A stretch of DNA of 64,000 bases from Deinococcota bacterium. Its GTDB lineage: Bacteria; Deinococcota; Deinococci; Deinococcales; Thermaceae. Each line of letters begins with the position of its first letter. Positions within the stretch are counted from its first letter, which is position 1. The DNA is taken from contig JBGFRI010000005.1 of the NCBI GenBank assembly GCA_041695225.1, positions 1 through 64,000 on the forward strand, given 5' to 3'. The notes under the pieces are model-generated. The model was given only the letters and a program-made list of their open reading frames with translations. It ran no database searches and had not been told where the DNA came from. The position numbers and the translations under genes were made by a program. This document shows, piece by piece, positions 21,805 through 32,013 of this stretch.

Positions 21805-23229
21805 ATGGGACTTCCAAAACGAACCAAGATTGTAGCCACTCTGGGGCCGGCCTCGCGCTCACCCGAGCTGGTCCGGGCTTTGATCGAAGCCGGGGTAGAC
21901 GTTTTTCGCCTCAATTTCTCCCACGGAATGCCCGGCGATCATCGTCAGTCGGTACAGCTGATCCGTGAAGCCGCAGGCTCGCTGGAGCGCACGGTGGCAG
22001 TCCTGCAAGACCTGCAAGGCCCCAAGATCCGCTGTGGGCGCTTCCGCGAGGGCGGGGTAGAGCTGCTGCCGGGGCAGAAATTTACCATTACCGCAGACCC
22101 CATCGAGGGCGACGAGACCCGGGTCTCGACCACCTACCGGGGCCTGCCCCACGATGTGGAGCCAGGGCAGGTGTTGCTCCTGGATGACGGGAATATCCGG
22201 CTGCGGGTAGACGAGGTTCAGCTCAACGATATTCACACCACAGTGATTATTGGAGGGCGGCTGTCTAACAACAAAGGCATCAATATTCCCGGGGCCGACC
22301 TTTCCATTCCGGCCCTGACCGACAAAGACATTGACGATCTGGCTCTGGGCGCCGAGCTACAGGTGGACTGGGTGGCCATTAGCTTTGTGCGCAGCCGCGA
22401 CGATCTGCTGCTGGCCCGGCACTACCTGGGGCGGCACAACTCACGGGCGCGGCTGATGGCCAAAATTGAAAAGCCCAGCGCCGTGGCCCGCTTTGACGAG
22501 ATTCTGGAAGAGGCCGATGGCATCATGGTGGCCCGCGGCGACCTGGGGGTAGAGATGCCGCTGGAGGAGGTGCCCGCCGTGCAAAAGCGCATCATCCTGA
22601 AGGCCGTACAGGCGGGCAAGGCGGTTATTACCGCTACCCAGATGCTCGAGTCCATGATCAAAAACCCTACCCCTACCCGGGCCGAAGCCTCGGACGTGGC
22701 CAACGCCATCTTCGACGGCACCGATGCCATTATGCTCTCTGGCGAGACCGCCATGGGGCAGTATCCGGTAGAAGCGGTCTCGTTCATGACCCGGGTGGCT
22801 AAGACCATCGAGGCTACCCAGGAGTACAAAGACCGTCTTGATGTCTTGCGCCCGCCGGCCAACCGCACCGTACAGGATGCCATCGCCCGCGCAGTAGACG
22901 ATGTGGTGGAGTCCACCGCGGCCAAGGCAGTGGTGGTGTTTACTGCCACCGGCAGCGCGGCCCGCCGGGTAGCCCGCACCCGCCCGCCGGTGCCCATCCT
23001 GGCCCTCACGCCCAACCAGTATGTCTGCAACCAGCTGGCGCTGGTCTCGGATGTTCTTCCGCTGCTGGCCCCGGACCCAAAGGACACCGATGACATGGTG
23101 CAGATTGCGGTGGCAAAAGCCAAGGAAACCGGCCTGGCCGGGGTGGGCGAGTACGTAGTAATTACCGCTGGCGTGCCGTTCGGGGTACGCGGCACCACCA
23201 ACATGATCCGGGTGGAGCGGGTTAGTTGA
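21805..23229 (+). CDS. pyk: Pyruvate kinase
   Basis: [35 protein letters not shown]. Confidence 0.98.
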   Translation: MGLPKRTKIVATLGPASRSPELVRALIEAGVDVFRLNFSHGMPGDHRQSVQLIREAAGSLERTVAVLQDLQGPKIRCGRFREGGVELLPGQKFTITADPIEGDETRVSTTYRGLPHDVEPGQVLLLDDGNIRLRVDEVQLNDIHTTVIIGGRLSNNKGINIPGADLSIPALTDKDIDDLALGAELQVDWVAISFVRSRDDLLLARHYLGRHNSRARLMAKIEKPSAVARFDEILEEADGIMVARGDLGVEMPLEEVPAVQKRIILKAVQAGKAVITATQMLESMIKNPTPTRAEASDVANAIFDGTDAIMLSGETAMGQYPVEAVSFMTRVAKTIEATQEYKDRLDVLRPPANRTVQDAIARAVDDVVESTAAKAVVVFTATGSAARRVARTRPPVPILALTPNQYVCNQLALVSDVLPLLAPDPKDTDDMVQIAVAKAKETGLAGVGEYVVITAGVPFGVRGTTNMIRVERVS

Positions 23230-23404
23230 CCCGGCCCCAACGCTTGTTCAGCGCACTTCTCTACGGCGGCCTACCGCAGGTTTTTAACGGCCTATCCCGT
23301 AGAGAAGGCGCTCAGGCGAGGGAGGGAGTGGAGCTATACCGTCCATGACGCACAGGCGCCAGGCATCCGAACCGACAAACTCGACAGCTCCCGGTACCCG
23401 TGGG

Positions 23405-23794
23405 TCACGCTACCAGTACCAACCCTGGAACCATTGCGAAGTGTGCGTCTTTGGTATAAATGGGCAGTCCGTGGCGCTGAGCGAGCGCGGCAATCCATAA
23501 GTCGTTGGTGGGGATGGGGGTGCCCGCATGCTTGAGGGCTACCACAATGGCGGCGTAAAAATCGGTAGTCGCTTCATCCACAGCAAGCAACCGGACTCTA
23601 GGTGAGTCGAGGAAGCGGGCCAGCTCCTCGCGGTTCTGGGTCTCTTTCGTTCCCTGCCGGAAGCCTGCCAGTAGTTCACCCATGCTGATGACCGTGAAAC
23701 CCATCTCGTCGAGCTGCTGGAGGCGGTCAATGACCTCGGGGTCGCCGCGCATGGCCAGGGAGTAGATGTTGGTGTCTATCAGGGTGCGCCTCAT
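23405..23794 (-). CDS. vapC: VapC-type PIN-domain toxin
   Basis: LIDTN, GEL, NDLWIAALA, TKDAHF acidic PIN residues. Confidence 0.92.
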   Translation of the reverse strand: MRRTLIDTNIYSLAMRGDPEVIDRLQQLDEMGFTVISMGELLAGFRQGTKETQNREELARFLDSPRVRLLAVDEATTDFYAAIVVALKHAGTPIPTNDLWIAALAQRHGLPIYTKDAHFAMVPGLVLVA

Positions 23795-24051
23795 GACCAG
23801 AGCTCGGGGTCAATCCGGCGCTGGCCTTCGGTGGCGGCCTGGATGCGAGCGAACTCCTCTTGGTCCCAGCGTCCGAACAGATCGTCGAGATCATGATGAC
23901 GGCGGCTGTGGTAGGGGGGTTTGCTAAGGCCAAAGTGTTGTTTGAGGGTCTGGAGTACTAGCTGGTTAACGCTGCTGGACTGTTTTTTTGCGGTGGCCTT
24001 GAGGGCCTGGTCAAGAGCGGGATCAATACCGCGGATGGTGAGATTTTTCAT
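23791..24051 (-). CDS. Ribbon-helix-helix antitoxin (FitA/VapB-like)
   Basis: MKNLTIRGID..L...A..SVNQ RHH pattern; ATGA overlap with the toxin. Confidence 0.85.
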   Translation of the reverse strand: MKNLTIRGIDPALDQALKATAKKQSSSVNQLVLQTLKQHFGLSKPPYHSRRHHDLDDLFGRWDQEEFARIQAATEGQRRIDPELWS

Positions 24052-24319
24052 GTCGCACCTCGAGTGATGTCATATATCGCCGTCATAGTGGTATCATAGC
24101 ATAGTAGCGTCATTTGTAGTGAGCAGGAGTCAACGAACCAAGAGTCCCAGGGGCTTCGACCCTTGTCGTTAGCCACAGTTCAACCATGCATATTTCTGCA
24201 CAATAGAACTGTATCTTCGGTCTGAAGAAAAAACGGGTCGTAGTTAATATCTGGCGCGGCATGGTCCAGACCTACCGGCCGATCCGCGAGGGGATGAAGA
24301 GCTTTGCGCACAGAGCTCT

Positions 24320-24565
24320 TTAGCCGAACAGGTCGGCTGCGGTGATGGCCTTGACCTTTTTAGCATAGGCGGTAGGGAGTTTATGGAAGAAGTCGAGGTG
24401 CTTACCGGCTAGCAGCTCCTCCTGGAACCAGGGCGTCGCTGCGACGTATGCGGGGTCTACCGTCCACAGAGGCGTCCATCCGATCGTCTGCAGTGAGGCG
24501 TTGAAGCGGTGCGGGATATAGGCTTCCATGGAAGAGTCGCGCGGTGAAAACTTAATCCTTGCCAT
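24320..24565 (-). CDS. Short hypothetical protein or gene fragment
   Basis: 81-aa ORF in the lower-GC islet next to the TA pair. Confidence 0.3.
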   Translation of the reverse strand: MARIKFSPRDSSMEAYIPHRFNASLQTIGWTPLWTVDPAYVAATPWFQEELLAGKHLDFFHKLPTAYAKKVKAITAADLFG

Positions 24566-24837
24566 CCCCGTCCCTCGGCCACAGCACTAACCGGCCTATA
24601 AGCCCGACTTGTTCAACAAACCACCAGATAATGATTGGGGGTCAGGTGGCAAAGAGGCTGGGGCAGTGCTAGAGGTGACGACGAAAAGTAGTCATCTGGT
24701 TACCCCTTACCTGGACAGTTCCTTGGCAAATAAATTGTCGCCAGAAAGGTGCTGGCGACTATCTGGGCAGGGGGTGGTTGGCACCAGGCCAGGCCGCCGA
24801 TCCTGTGCCCCCTGTGCCTGCTAAAGGCTGTTTCGGT

Positions 24838-25287
24838 TCAGGAGGGCTTATCTCCGGGCTGGCGCACCACCAGCACTGGCTTGGGGCTCTGCTGCAAGAC
24901 CTTCTGGGTCACCGAGCCCAGCAATACCAGGTCCAGGCCGCTACGCCCGTGTGTGCCCATCACGACCAGGTCGTGCTGGCTGGCCTGGTCGACAATTACC
25001 TCAGGGGCCCGGCCCTTTACAAGCTCACTGCGCGCAGCTACACCCATCTCGGCGGCGAAACCAGCGGCTCGCTCGAGGGCTTGCTTACCAGCGGTCTCGA
25101 TATCCCGCTCCAGATCTGGAAAATAGGGCACGGTCTCGGGAACTACCCAGGTATGTCTGGTGGCACCCTCGAGCACATAGAGCAGGGTCGCCTCAGCCTT
25201 GAGATTGCGGGCCAGCTCGAGGCCCGCCTTGACCGCTACTTCGCTGGGACCACTTCCGTCAGTGGGAATTAAAATTCGACGATACAT
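24838..25287 (-). CDS. Universal stress protein
   Basis: MYRRILIPTDGS...VMGTHGRSGL..LGSVT; GGAGGAGG RBS. Confidence 0.93.
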   Translation of the reverse strand: MYRRILIPTDGSGPSEVAVKAGLELARNLKAEATLLYVLEGATRHTWVVPETVPYFPDLERDIETAGKQALERAAGFAAEMGVAARSELVKGRAPEVIVDQASQHDLVVMGTHGRSGLDLVLLGSVTQKVLQQSPKPVLVVRQPGDKPS

Positions 25288-25773
25288 GCCTCCTCCTCTC
25301 ATCACTCCCTTGCGGGTAGGCGCATTATACCTGTATTGCCAACCCCTGCCCACCGGAAGCCCTGGAGTAGAGCCCGCCCCGAGACGGTCGGCTCGCGCAG
25401 TTCCATAAGATGCTGCAAGCCAGGAACCCAGACCGGACGCTGGGAGAGGTAGCGCAGGCCGTGAGACTATAACGGGCCGAAAGGGAGACAGACTATCAGG
25501 CCGGCTCACCCTGTAGAGGGGAGTGGCGAGACGGCAGATCCTGGCCACAGCTATAAGTCTGAGACATAAATCAAGACTTGTAGGTGATGACCAAAGGCAT
25601 TAGCCGCAGGAGTGTATAAGTGTGATGACGTGATGTCATGGGAATTTGTTGGCGTTTTTCAAAACGGTCTGCCTGTAGACTTTCAACAAAGGGGTGCCTT
25701 GAGGCGGGCTTTACTACTGTGTCATAATTGCCGCGATTCAGTCCTACAGTAATCTCCCCCAGGAGGCTGCGGC

Positions 25774-27840
25774 ATGTATTCCAGACGAATAAAAGCCAGA
25801 CCCCGAGCCAAAACCTCGCCCCGCCCAACGCCAAAGGCCGCGCCCGGGGCCAGGCCCAAGCGTTCAAAACTGGTGCAGCAGCAGATCCAGGCCCTTGCCG
25901 CAGAAAATGGCAATGGCGTCCTGGAGCTGATCAGCGACGGGATTGTGGCTTTCGATCAGGAGATGAACTACATCTACGTTAACCAGCGCGGCGGGGAGCT
26001 GTTAGGGCGCAAGCCGCAGGAGCTTATAGGCAAGAACTACTGGCAAGAATACCCTGAGGCAAAAGACACCCCTTTCGCAAGGGCCTATCAGCGCGCGCTG
26101 ACAACCCAGCAGACCATCGTGTTTGAGGATTACTACCCGCCCTGGAACCGCTGGTTCGAGAACCGCATCTACCCATCGCCCCACGGTATAGTGATTTTTT
26201 TCAGCGAGATTACCGAGCGCAAGCTGGCAGAGCAGCTACTAAAGAGCGAGCTTCAGGTGCTCGAGCTCATCTCATCCGGGGCGCCATTGGCACAGGTGCT
26301 GGAGGCTATCGTGCTCAAGATCGAGGCCCTGGCGCCCAGAACCCGGGCCTCGATTCTTCTACTCGACCCCGACGGAGCCCACCTGCGGCATGGCGCAGCC
26401 CCACACCTTCCGCCGGAGTATAGCCGCGCTATTGATGGTATGCCCATTGGCCCCCAGGAGGGTTCGTGCGGGACGGCCATGTACCACGGCAAGCCGGTTG
26501 TGGTCAGCGACATCGAGACCGACCCGCTGTGGGACAAGTACCGTGAGCTAGCCCGCCAGCACGGGCTTCGGGCCTGCTGGTCAACCCCGGTGAAAAACTC
26601 CGACGGAAGGGTACTGGGCAGTTTTGCCATGTATTACCCGGAGCCGCGCAGCCCAGCTCAATCAGACTTTGTTCTGATTGAAAGGGCAACCCACCTGGCC
26701 CAGATCGCCATTGAGCGCAAACAGGCCGAAGAACGCCTGCAACAGCAACTAAAGCGGATATCTGCCCTGCACGCCATTGACCTGGACATTCTTAGCAGCA
26801 TGGATCTGGCCTCTACGCTCCAGAGCATCCTCGAGCGGGTGACCACCCAACTGGAGGTAGATGCCGCTGCGGTCTGGCTGATCAACCAGGAGTTAGACCG
26901 GCTCGACCTGGCCGCAGTGCGCGGCTTTCGCCGAGCCGAGCCACTACCTCAGAGCCGCAGCCTGAGCCAGGATCTCCCTCAGGCCCTGCTCGAACACCAT
27001 CTGGTGGTTATTCCCGATCTGTCGCAAAGCAAGCGCCCTTTTAGCGAGCTTCCCCATATCGAAGGCGAGGGTTTCGTCTCGTACCACGGGGTCTGCCTCA
27101 CTGCCAAAGAACGGCCCAAAGGCCTGCTGGAAATTTTCCGCCGCTCCTTGCTCCGCCCTTCTAGCGAGTGGCAGGATTTTCTCAAAACCCTGGCCGGGCA
27201 GGTGGCCATTGCCATTGACAACGCGCAATTGCTAGAAGAGTTGCAGCGATCCAATGCCAGCCTGCAGCAGGCCTACGAGACCACCATCGAGGGCTGGTCG
27301 CGCGCCCTCGATCTGCGCGACAAGGAGACAGAAGGCCACAGCCTGCGGGTTACCGAGACCACCCTGCGGCTGGCAAGGGCGGCCGGAATGACCGAGGAGG
27401 AGCTGGTGCATCTTCGCCACGGCGCACTTTTGCGCGACATCGGCAAGATGGGTGTGCCGGACTACATCCTGCTCAAACCGGGCAAGCTTTCGGAGCAAGA
27501 GTGGGCGCTGATGAGCCAGCACCCCATCTTCGCTTACGAGCTGCTATCGCCCATCGAGTTCCTGCGGCCCGCGCTGGCAATCCCCTACTGTCACCACGAA
27601 AAGTGGGATGGTACGGGGTATCCACGCGGGCTCAGGGGCGAAGAAATTCCCCTGGCCGCGCGGCTGTTTGCGGTAGTAGACGTGTGGGATGCTCTTATCA
27701 GCGAGCGGCCATACCGCGAGGCCTGGCCCAGGGAAAAAGCCCTGGCTTATATGCAGGAGCAGGCCGGGGCTCACTTTGACCCCGAAGTAGTGCGCTTGTT
27801 TTTGAAGTTCTTGGCTGAGGACGATCAGCCCGCCGGCTAG
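25774..27840 (+). CDS. PAS-GAF-GAF HD-GYP domain protein
   Basis: PAS (YVN..G), GAF (GSCGTAM, ACWSTPV), ETEGHS, HHEKWDGTGYP; HD motif reads RD. Confidence 0.9.
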   Translation: MYSRRIKARPRAKTSPRPTPKAAPGARPKRSKLVQQQIQALAAENGNGVLELISDGIVAFDQEMNYIYVNQRGGELLGRKPQELIGKNYWQEYPEAKDTPFARAYQRALTTQQTIVFEDYYPPWNRWFENRIYPSPHGIVIFFSEITERKLAEQLLKSELQVLELISSGAPLAQVLEAIVLKIEALAPRTRASILLLDPDGAHLRHGAAPHLPPEYSRAIDGMPIGPQEGSCGTAMYHGKPVVVSDIETDPLWDKYRELARQHGLRACWSTPVKNSDGRVLGSFAMYYPEPRSPAQSDFVLIERATHLAQIAIERKQAEERLQQQLKRISALHAIDLDILSSMDLASTLQSILERVTTQLEVDAAAVWLINQELDRLDLAAVRGFRRAEPLPQSRSLSQDLPQALLEHHLVVIPDLSQSKRPFSELPHIEGEGFVSYHGVCLTAKERPKGLLEIFRRSLLRPSSEWQDFLKTLAGQVAIAIDNAQLLEELQRSNASLQQAYETTIEGWSRALDLRDKETEGHSLRVTETTLRLARAAGMTEEELVHLRHGALLRDIGKMGVPDYILLKPGKLSEQEWALMSQHPIFAYELLSPIEFLRPALAIPYCHHEKWDGTGYPRGLRGEEIPLAARLFAVVDVWDALISERPYREAWPREKALAYMQEQAGAHFDPEVVRLFLKFLAEDDQPAG

Positions 27841-27855
27841 AGGGCGTTCGGACAA

Positions 27856-27972
27856 TCTCCTCTCCCCTTGTGGGAGAGGCTGGGTGAGGGGGTGTGAGCG
27901 CAGCGAACCACGGAGACACTGGCGTCATTCAACCCTCACCCCAACCCTCTCCCAAGCTTGGGAGAGGGGGCC
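27856..27972. repeat. Inverted pair of REP-like CCTCTCCC...GGGAGAGG hairpins
   Basis: 27857-27895 and 27931-27972 are approximate reverse complements. Confidence 0.75.
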
Positions 27973-28097
27973 CCGAGTGGCCGTTGCTTCAGATCCCGTC
28001 TTCATCGAAATTCTCCCAAGAATGTGAGTGGCCTAACAATGTCCGAACATCCTCTAGCTTTTGCCTTCTTTGGCCAGTCCTGGCAAATTTCGGTTCT

Positions 28098-28111
28098 TGT
28101 GATATATTACA
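28098..28111. promoter_or_regulatory. Putative GntR operator
   Basis: Palindrome TGTGATATATTACA 16 nt upstream of the gntR start. Confidence 0.55.
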
Positions 28112-28127
28112 TTTCACTGGAGAAGCC

Positions 28128-28808
28128 ATGCCTGTGCCGGAATCGTTGCAGACCCTAAAGCGCCCCATCTTGCGCGAGTCGGCCTACCAGCAGCTGCGCG
28201 ACTGGATCGTGCAGGGAGTGCTGGAACCGGGTGAGCAGCTGCGCGACCAGGAGCTGGCCGACCGCCTGGGTGTCAGCCGTACCCCGGTGCGTGAGGCCCT
28301 GCGCCGCCTGGAGGACGAAGGGCTGGTCGAGACCGCCAAAAACCGCTGGACGCGGGTCAAGCCGATAAACCTGGCCGAGGCCGAGCAGATTTATCCCATT
28401 CGCGCGGTGCTGGATAGCCTGGCGCTAAGGCTGGCGCTGCCACACCTGACCAAAGCCAGCCTGAGCATTATGCGGGAGGCCAACCTCCGCCTCGAGGCTG
28501 CGCTCAAAAGCGCCCAGATTCCTGCCGCGGTCGAGGCGGACTCGGCTTTCCACCACGAGTACGTGCGGCGTTGCGGTAACCTCGAGCTGGTCGAGATCAT
28601 CCGCGGCCTGCGGCTCAAGCACCACCGCCTCGAGCTGGCCTACTTTGGCAGCCCCCAGCTGGGGCTGGTCTCGGTGCGAGAACACGCCAGCATCATCGAA
28701 GCGGTCGCCGCGGGCCATGTTCGGCAGGCCGAGCAGCGTCTGTATCAGCACTTTCACCGCGCCCTGGCCCGTCTTAAAGGCCAGTCCAGAACTAACCCAT
28801 CCCGCTAA
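28128..28808 (+). CDS. GntR family regulator (FadR/FCD type)
   Basis: LADRLGVSRTPVREALRRL HTH; DSAFH..CGN and EH..II FCD motifs. Confidence 0.92.
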   Translation: MPVPESLQTLKRPILRESAYQQLRDWIVQGVLEPGEQLRDQELADRLGVSRTPVREALRRLEDEGLVETAKNRWTRVKPINLAEAEQIYPIRAVLDSLALRLALPHLTKASLSIMREANLRLEAALKSAQIPAAVEADSAFHHEYVRRCGNLELVEIIRGLRLKHHRLELAYFGSPQLGLVSVREHASIIEAVAAGHVRQAEQRLYQHFHRALARLKGQSRTNPSR

Positions 28809-28846
28809 AGCAGAATTGCAGCCTTCACTTTGCCGGAGCCCTACCC

Positions 28847-30061
28847 ATGAAAAACCTCAGACACCTGCTCAACCACTCGGCCCAGGTGGTGCGCTGGCCC
28901 AGCGAGCCCGCCGATAAATCTGCGGTTATCGAGTATCTGGCGGCCAAGTTCTGTGCAGGTCAGGCCTATAGCCAGACCCAGGTAGATTCGGTACTGAAGT
29001 CCTGGCAGACCTTCGGGGGCTGGGCCTTGCTGCGCCGCGAGCTGGTGGACCGGGGTTTCCTGGCCCGCCAGACCAGTGGCTCCGGCTATGTGCGCACCGC
29101 GCTTGGCCTAGCGGACATCCCCCATCGGCTGCGGCTGGAAAATATCCAGCATGCCAGCCGCACCATAGACCCTATTTTTCTCGATACCCCCCAGTTCCCC
29201 GCCGAAAGCCTGAGCGAGGCCATGGGGCTCGAGCTGGTGGTCAAGGTCGAGACCCTCAACCCCATCCGCTCGTTCAAGGGACGCGGGGCCGACTACTTCT
29301 TTGTGCGCAACCCCAGCCTGCCCCAGGTGGTCTCTGCCTCGGCGGGCAACTTTGGTCAGGGCATGGCCTACGCGGCCCGCAAGCGGGGCATTGGGCTAAC
29401 TGTGTTTGCCTCGGTCAGCGCCAGTCCGCTCAAGATCGCCCGGATGCAGGCCCTGGGCGCGACCGTGCGGCTGGCCGGCCAGGACTTCGATGCCGCCAAG
29501 CTGGCCGCCAAAGAATATGCCGAGCAAAATGGGCTGCTCTTTGTCGAGGACGGCCGCAACCTGGAGTTTTCCGAAGGCGCGGCAACCATGGGCTTGGAAC
29601 TGCTACGCTACCCCAGGCCCTTCGATGCCGTGCTGGTTCCGCTGGGCAATGGCGCCATGCTGGCGGGAGTTGCTCGCTGGGTCAAGGCCCTGGCCCCGGG
29701 GGTACAGGTTATCGGGGTGAGTGCTGCCGGCGCCCCGGCCATGGAGCGGTCCTGGCGCAGCGGAACCCTGGTGCTTACCCCTTCCATCGCTACCATTGCC
29801 GACGGCATCGGGGTGAGGACCCCGGTACCCGAGGCCCTGGAAGACCTGAAGGGGCTGGTGGACCAGGTGCTGCTGGTCAAAGACCCCATCATTCTGCAGG
29901 CCATGCGGCTGGCCCACCGGCACCTGGGGCTGGTGCTCGAGCCCTCCGGCGCAGTCGGTATCGCGGCCCTGCTGGCCCATCCCCAGTTCAAAGAACAGCG
30001 GGTGGCTACCATCCTTTGTGGGGGCAACCTGACCGAGGAGCAGATGAGAGCATGGCTGTAA
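28847..30061 (+). CDS. DUF2087-like domain fused to PLP-dependent threonine/serine dehydratase
   Basis: N-terminal WP...YL..F..G..Y...LRRELVD.G; SFKGRGA PLP lysine, ASAGNFGQG, PLGNG, EPSGA. Confidence 0.85.
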   Translation: MKNLRHLLNHSAQVVRWPSEPADKSAVIEYLAAKFCAGQAYSQTQVDSVLKSWQTFGGWALLRRELVDRGFLARQTSGSGYVRTALGLADIPHRLRLENIQHASRTIDPIFLDTPQFPAESLSEAMGLELVVKVETLNPIRSFKGRGADYFFVRNPSLPQVVSASAGNFGQGMAYAARKRGIGLTVFASVSASPLKIARMQALGATVRLAGQDFDAAKLAAKEYAEQNGLLFVEDGRNLEFSEGAATMGLELLRYPRPFDAVLVPLGNGAMLAGVARWVKALAPGVQVIGVSAAGAPAMERSWRSGTLVLTPSIATIADGIGVRTPVPEALEDLKGLVDQVLLVKDPIILQAMRLAHRHLGLVLEPSGAVGIAALLAHPQFKEQRVATILCGGNLTEEQMRAWL

Positions 30062-30801
30062 ACGCGCTTCCCCCCACGCCCCGGGCGGCTTTCTGGCGGG
30101 GTGTGCTGGTATCGCTGCCCATAACCGTGGGTATCGTGCCCTTTGGCATGGTAACGGGAATTGCCGGGGTGAGTGTTGGTCTGGATGCAGTGGAAGTTAC
30201 CCTGATGTCGGCCCTGGTTTTTGCCGGAGCGGCCCAGCTGGTAGCACTCCAGTTGATGGGGGCGGGGGCCTCGGTCTTGCTGGTCTGGCTGGCAACCCTG
30301 GTGGTAAACCTGCGTTATCTGATGTATAGCAGTGCCCTGGCCAGGCCCCTGCAGGCTCTGTCTGCGCGCATGAGACTGCTGGCGGCGTTCTTGATGGTGG
30401 ACCAGAACTTCGCCCTGGCCCTGACCCAGTATGCGGGGCTGGGCCCCCGCCTTACCCCCTGGTTTTACCTGGGCATCGGAGTCTTGCTCTGGCTGGTCTG
30501 GGTGGCCTCGACTTATTTTGGGGCGCTGCTGGGGGCGTGGCTTCCGGCAGACTGGTCGCTGGACTTTGCTGTACCGCTATCCTTTCTGGTCCTGCTGGTT
30601 CCCGCCATACAGAGCCGTCCCAGCCTGTTTGCCGCCCTGGTAGGAGGGCTGGTGGCCACTGCCCTGGTTGGCCTGCCGTATCGCACCGGTTTATTCATTG
30701 GGGCACTCGCGGGCATACTGGCGGGGGTCTGGCTGGAGAACCGAATAAGAGGAAAAGGTAGCTACGTGCAGCAAGTCGGAGGGCAGGAGGGCAGATCATG
30801 A
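30052..30801 (+). CDS. azlC: AzlC family amino-acid exporter subunit
   Basis: SALVFAGAAQL, VNLRYLMYS. Confidence 0.9.
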   Translation: MAVNALPPTPRAAFWRGVLVSLPITVGIVPFGMVTGIAGVSVGLDAVEVTLMSALVFAGAAQLVALQLMGAGASVLLVWLATLVVNLRYLMYSSALARPLQALSARMRLLAAFLMVDQNFALALTQYAGLGPRLTPWFYLGIGVLLWLVWVASTYFGALLGAWLPADWSLDFAVPLSFLVLLVPAIQSRPSLFAALVGGLVATALVGLPYRTGLFIGALAGILAGVWLENRIRGKGSYVQQVGGQEGRS

Positions 30802-31124
30802 GCGACCTAATGCTCTGGATCACCCTGCTGGGCATGACCCTGATTACCTTTGCCCTGCGCTATTTTCCTCTGGCCATGCTGGAACGCTTCAGCCTGCCGC
30901 CCAGCCTGCATCAAGCCCTGCGCTACGTACCCGCGGCTACCCTGGCCGGGCTGGTCTTCCCCGCACTGCTCACTCCCCAGGGGCAGTGGGCCATCGGACT
31001 GGACAACGAGCGCCTGGTCGCCGGAAGCATCGCCGCACTGGTAGCCTGGCGGTTTAAAAACATCCTGCTCACCCTGGTGGTGGGAATGGGCCTGCTGTGG
31101 CTGCTGCAATGGATGGGGGTCTGA
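30798..31124 (+). CDS. azlD: AzlD family protein
   Basis: TFALRY.P, LRYVPAA; overlaps azlC by ATGA. Confidence 0.88.
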   Translation: MSDLMLWITLLGMTLITFALRYFPLAMLERFSLPPSLHQALRYVPAATLAGLVFPALLTPQGQWAIGLDNERLVAGSIAALVAWRFKNILLTLVVGMGLLWLLQWMGV

Positions 31125-31125
31125 G

Positions 31126-31995
31126 ATGAGCCTGACTGCCCTGGCCCCCATCATTTTTGTGCTGCTGTGGAGCACCGGCTTTGTAGGGGCCAAGTTCGGC
31201 CTGCCCTATGCCGAGCCCTTCACCTTTTTGTGGGTGCGGATGATGCTGGTGGTGGGGCTGCTGGGGGGACTGGCCCTTTTACTGCGTACCCCCTGGCCCA
31301 GGGGCTGGGCCCTGAACCTGCACATAGCGGTCTCGGGAACCCTGCTACACGCTGGCTACCTGGGTGGGGTGTTCTTCGCTATCTCCCAGGGTATGTCTGC
31401 CGGGCTGTCGGCCCTGATTGTGGGATTGCAGCCTGTCCTGACCGCAATTCTGGCGCAGTATCTGCTGCGCGAGCGGGTTAATCTGGTGCAGTGGGCGGGG
31501 TTTTTGCTGGGCCTGGTAGGGGTGGCCCTGGTGGTGGGCGAGAATGCCCTGCGGGCCGGCGTCGCAGGCTTACAGCCTTCCGCTTACCTGGCGATCGGGC
31601 TGGCCCTGCTCTGTACCACCGCCGGGACGCTGTACCATAAGCGCTTTGCCACCCAGATGCCCCTGGTGGGCGGAACCCTGGTGCAGTTCATCGCGGCCAC
31701 CATAGCCCTGCTGGGCCTAGCGCTGCTATTTGGCGAGACCATGCAAATTGAGTGGACCCTGCAGTTTACCCTGGCTTTATTGTGGCTGGTGGTGGTGCTT
31801 TCCATTGGGGCCATCCTGCTTTTGATGTACCTGATCCGCCAGAACTCGGCCAGCAGCGTGGCCAGCCTGTTTTACCTGGTTCCTCCGGTAACGGCGGTCC
31901 AGGCCTACTTTTTCTTTGGCGAGCAGCTCGGGGTGCTGGCCATCCTGGGAATGGCGCTGGCGGCGGTAGGGGTGGCCATGGTGGTGCGGCGCTAG
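31126..31995 (+). CDS. DMT/EamA family transporter
   Basis: LWSTGFVGAK.GLPYAEP; about 10 TM segments in two repeats. Confidence 0.9.
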   Translation: MSLTALAPIIFVLLWSTGFVGAKFGLPYAEPFTFLWVRMMLVVGLLGGLALLLRTPWPRGWALNLHIAVSGTLLHAGYLGGVFFAISQGMSAGLSALIVGLQPVLTAILAQYLLRERVNLVQWAGFLLGLVGVALVVGENALRAGVAGLQPSAYLAIGLALLCTTAGTLYHKRFATQMPLVGGTLVQFIAATIALLGLALLFGETMQIEWTLQFTLALLWLVVVLSIGAILLLMYLIRQNSASSVASLFYLVPPVTAVQAYFFFGEQLGVLAILGMALAAVGVAMVVRR

Positions 31996-32013
31996 GCCTG
32001 ATGTGATGGTACC

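Noticed and set aside
24165..24180. GGCTAAC (minus strand) as an attC start upstream of the vapBC pair
   Set aside because: No matching inverted arm or GTT end with attC spacing.
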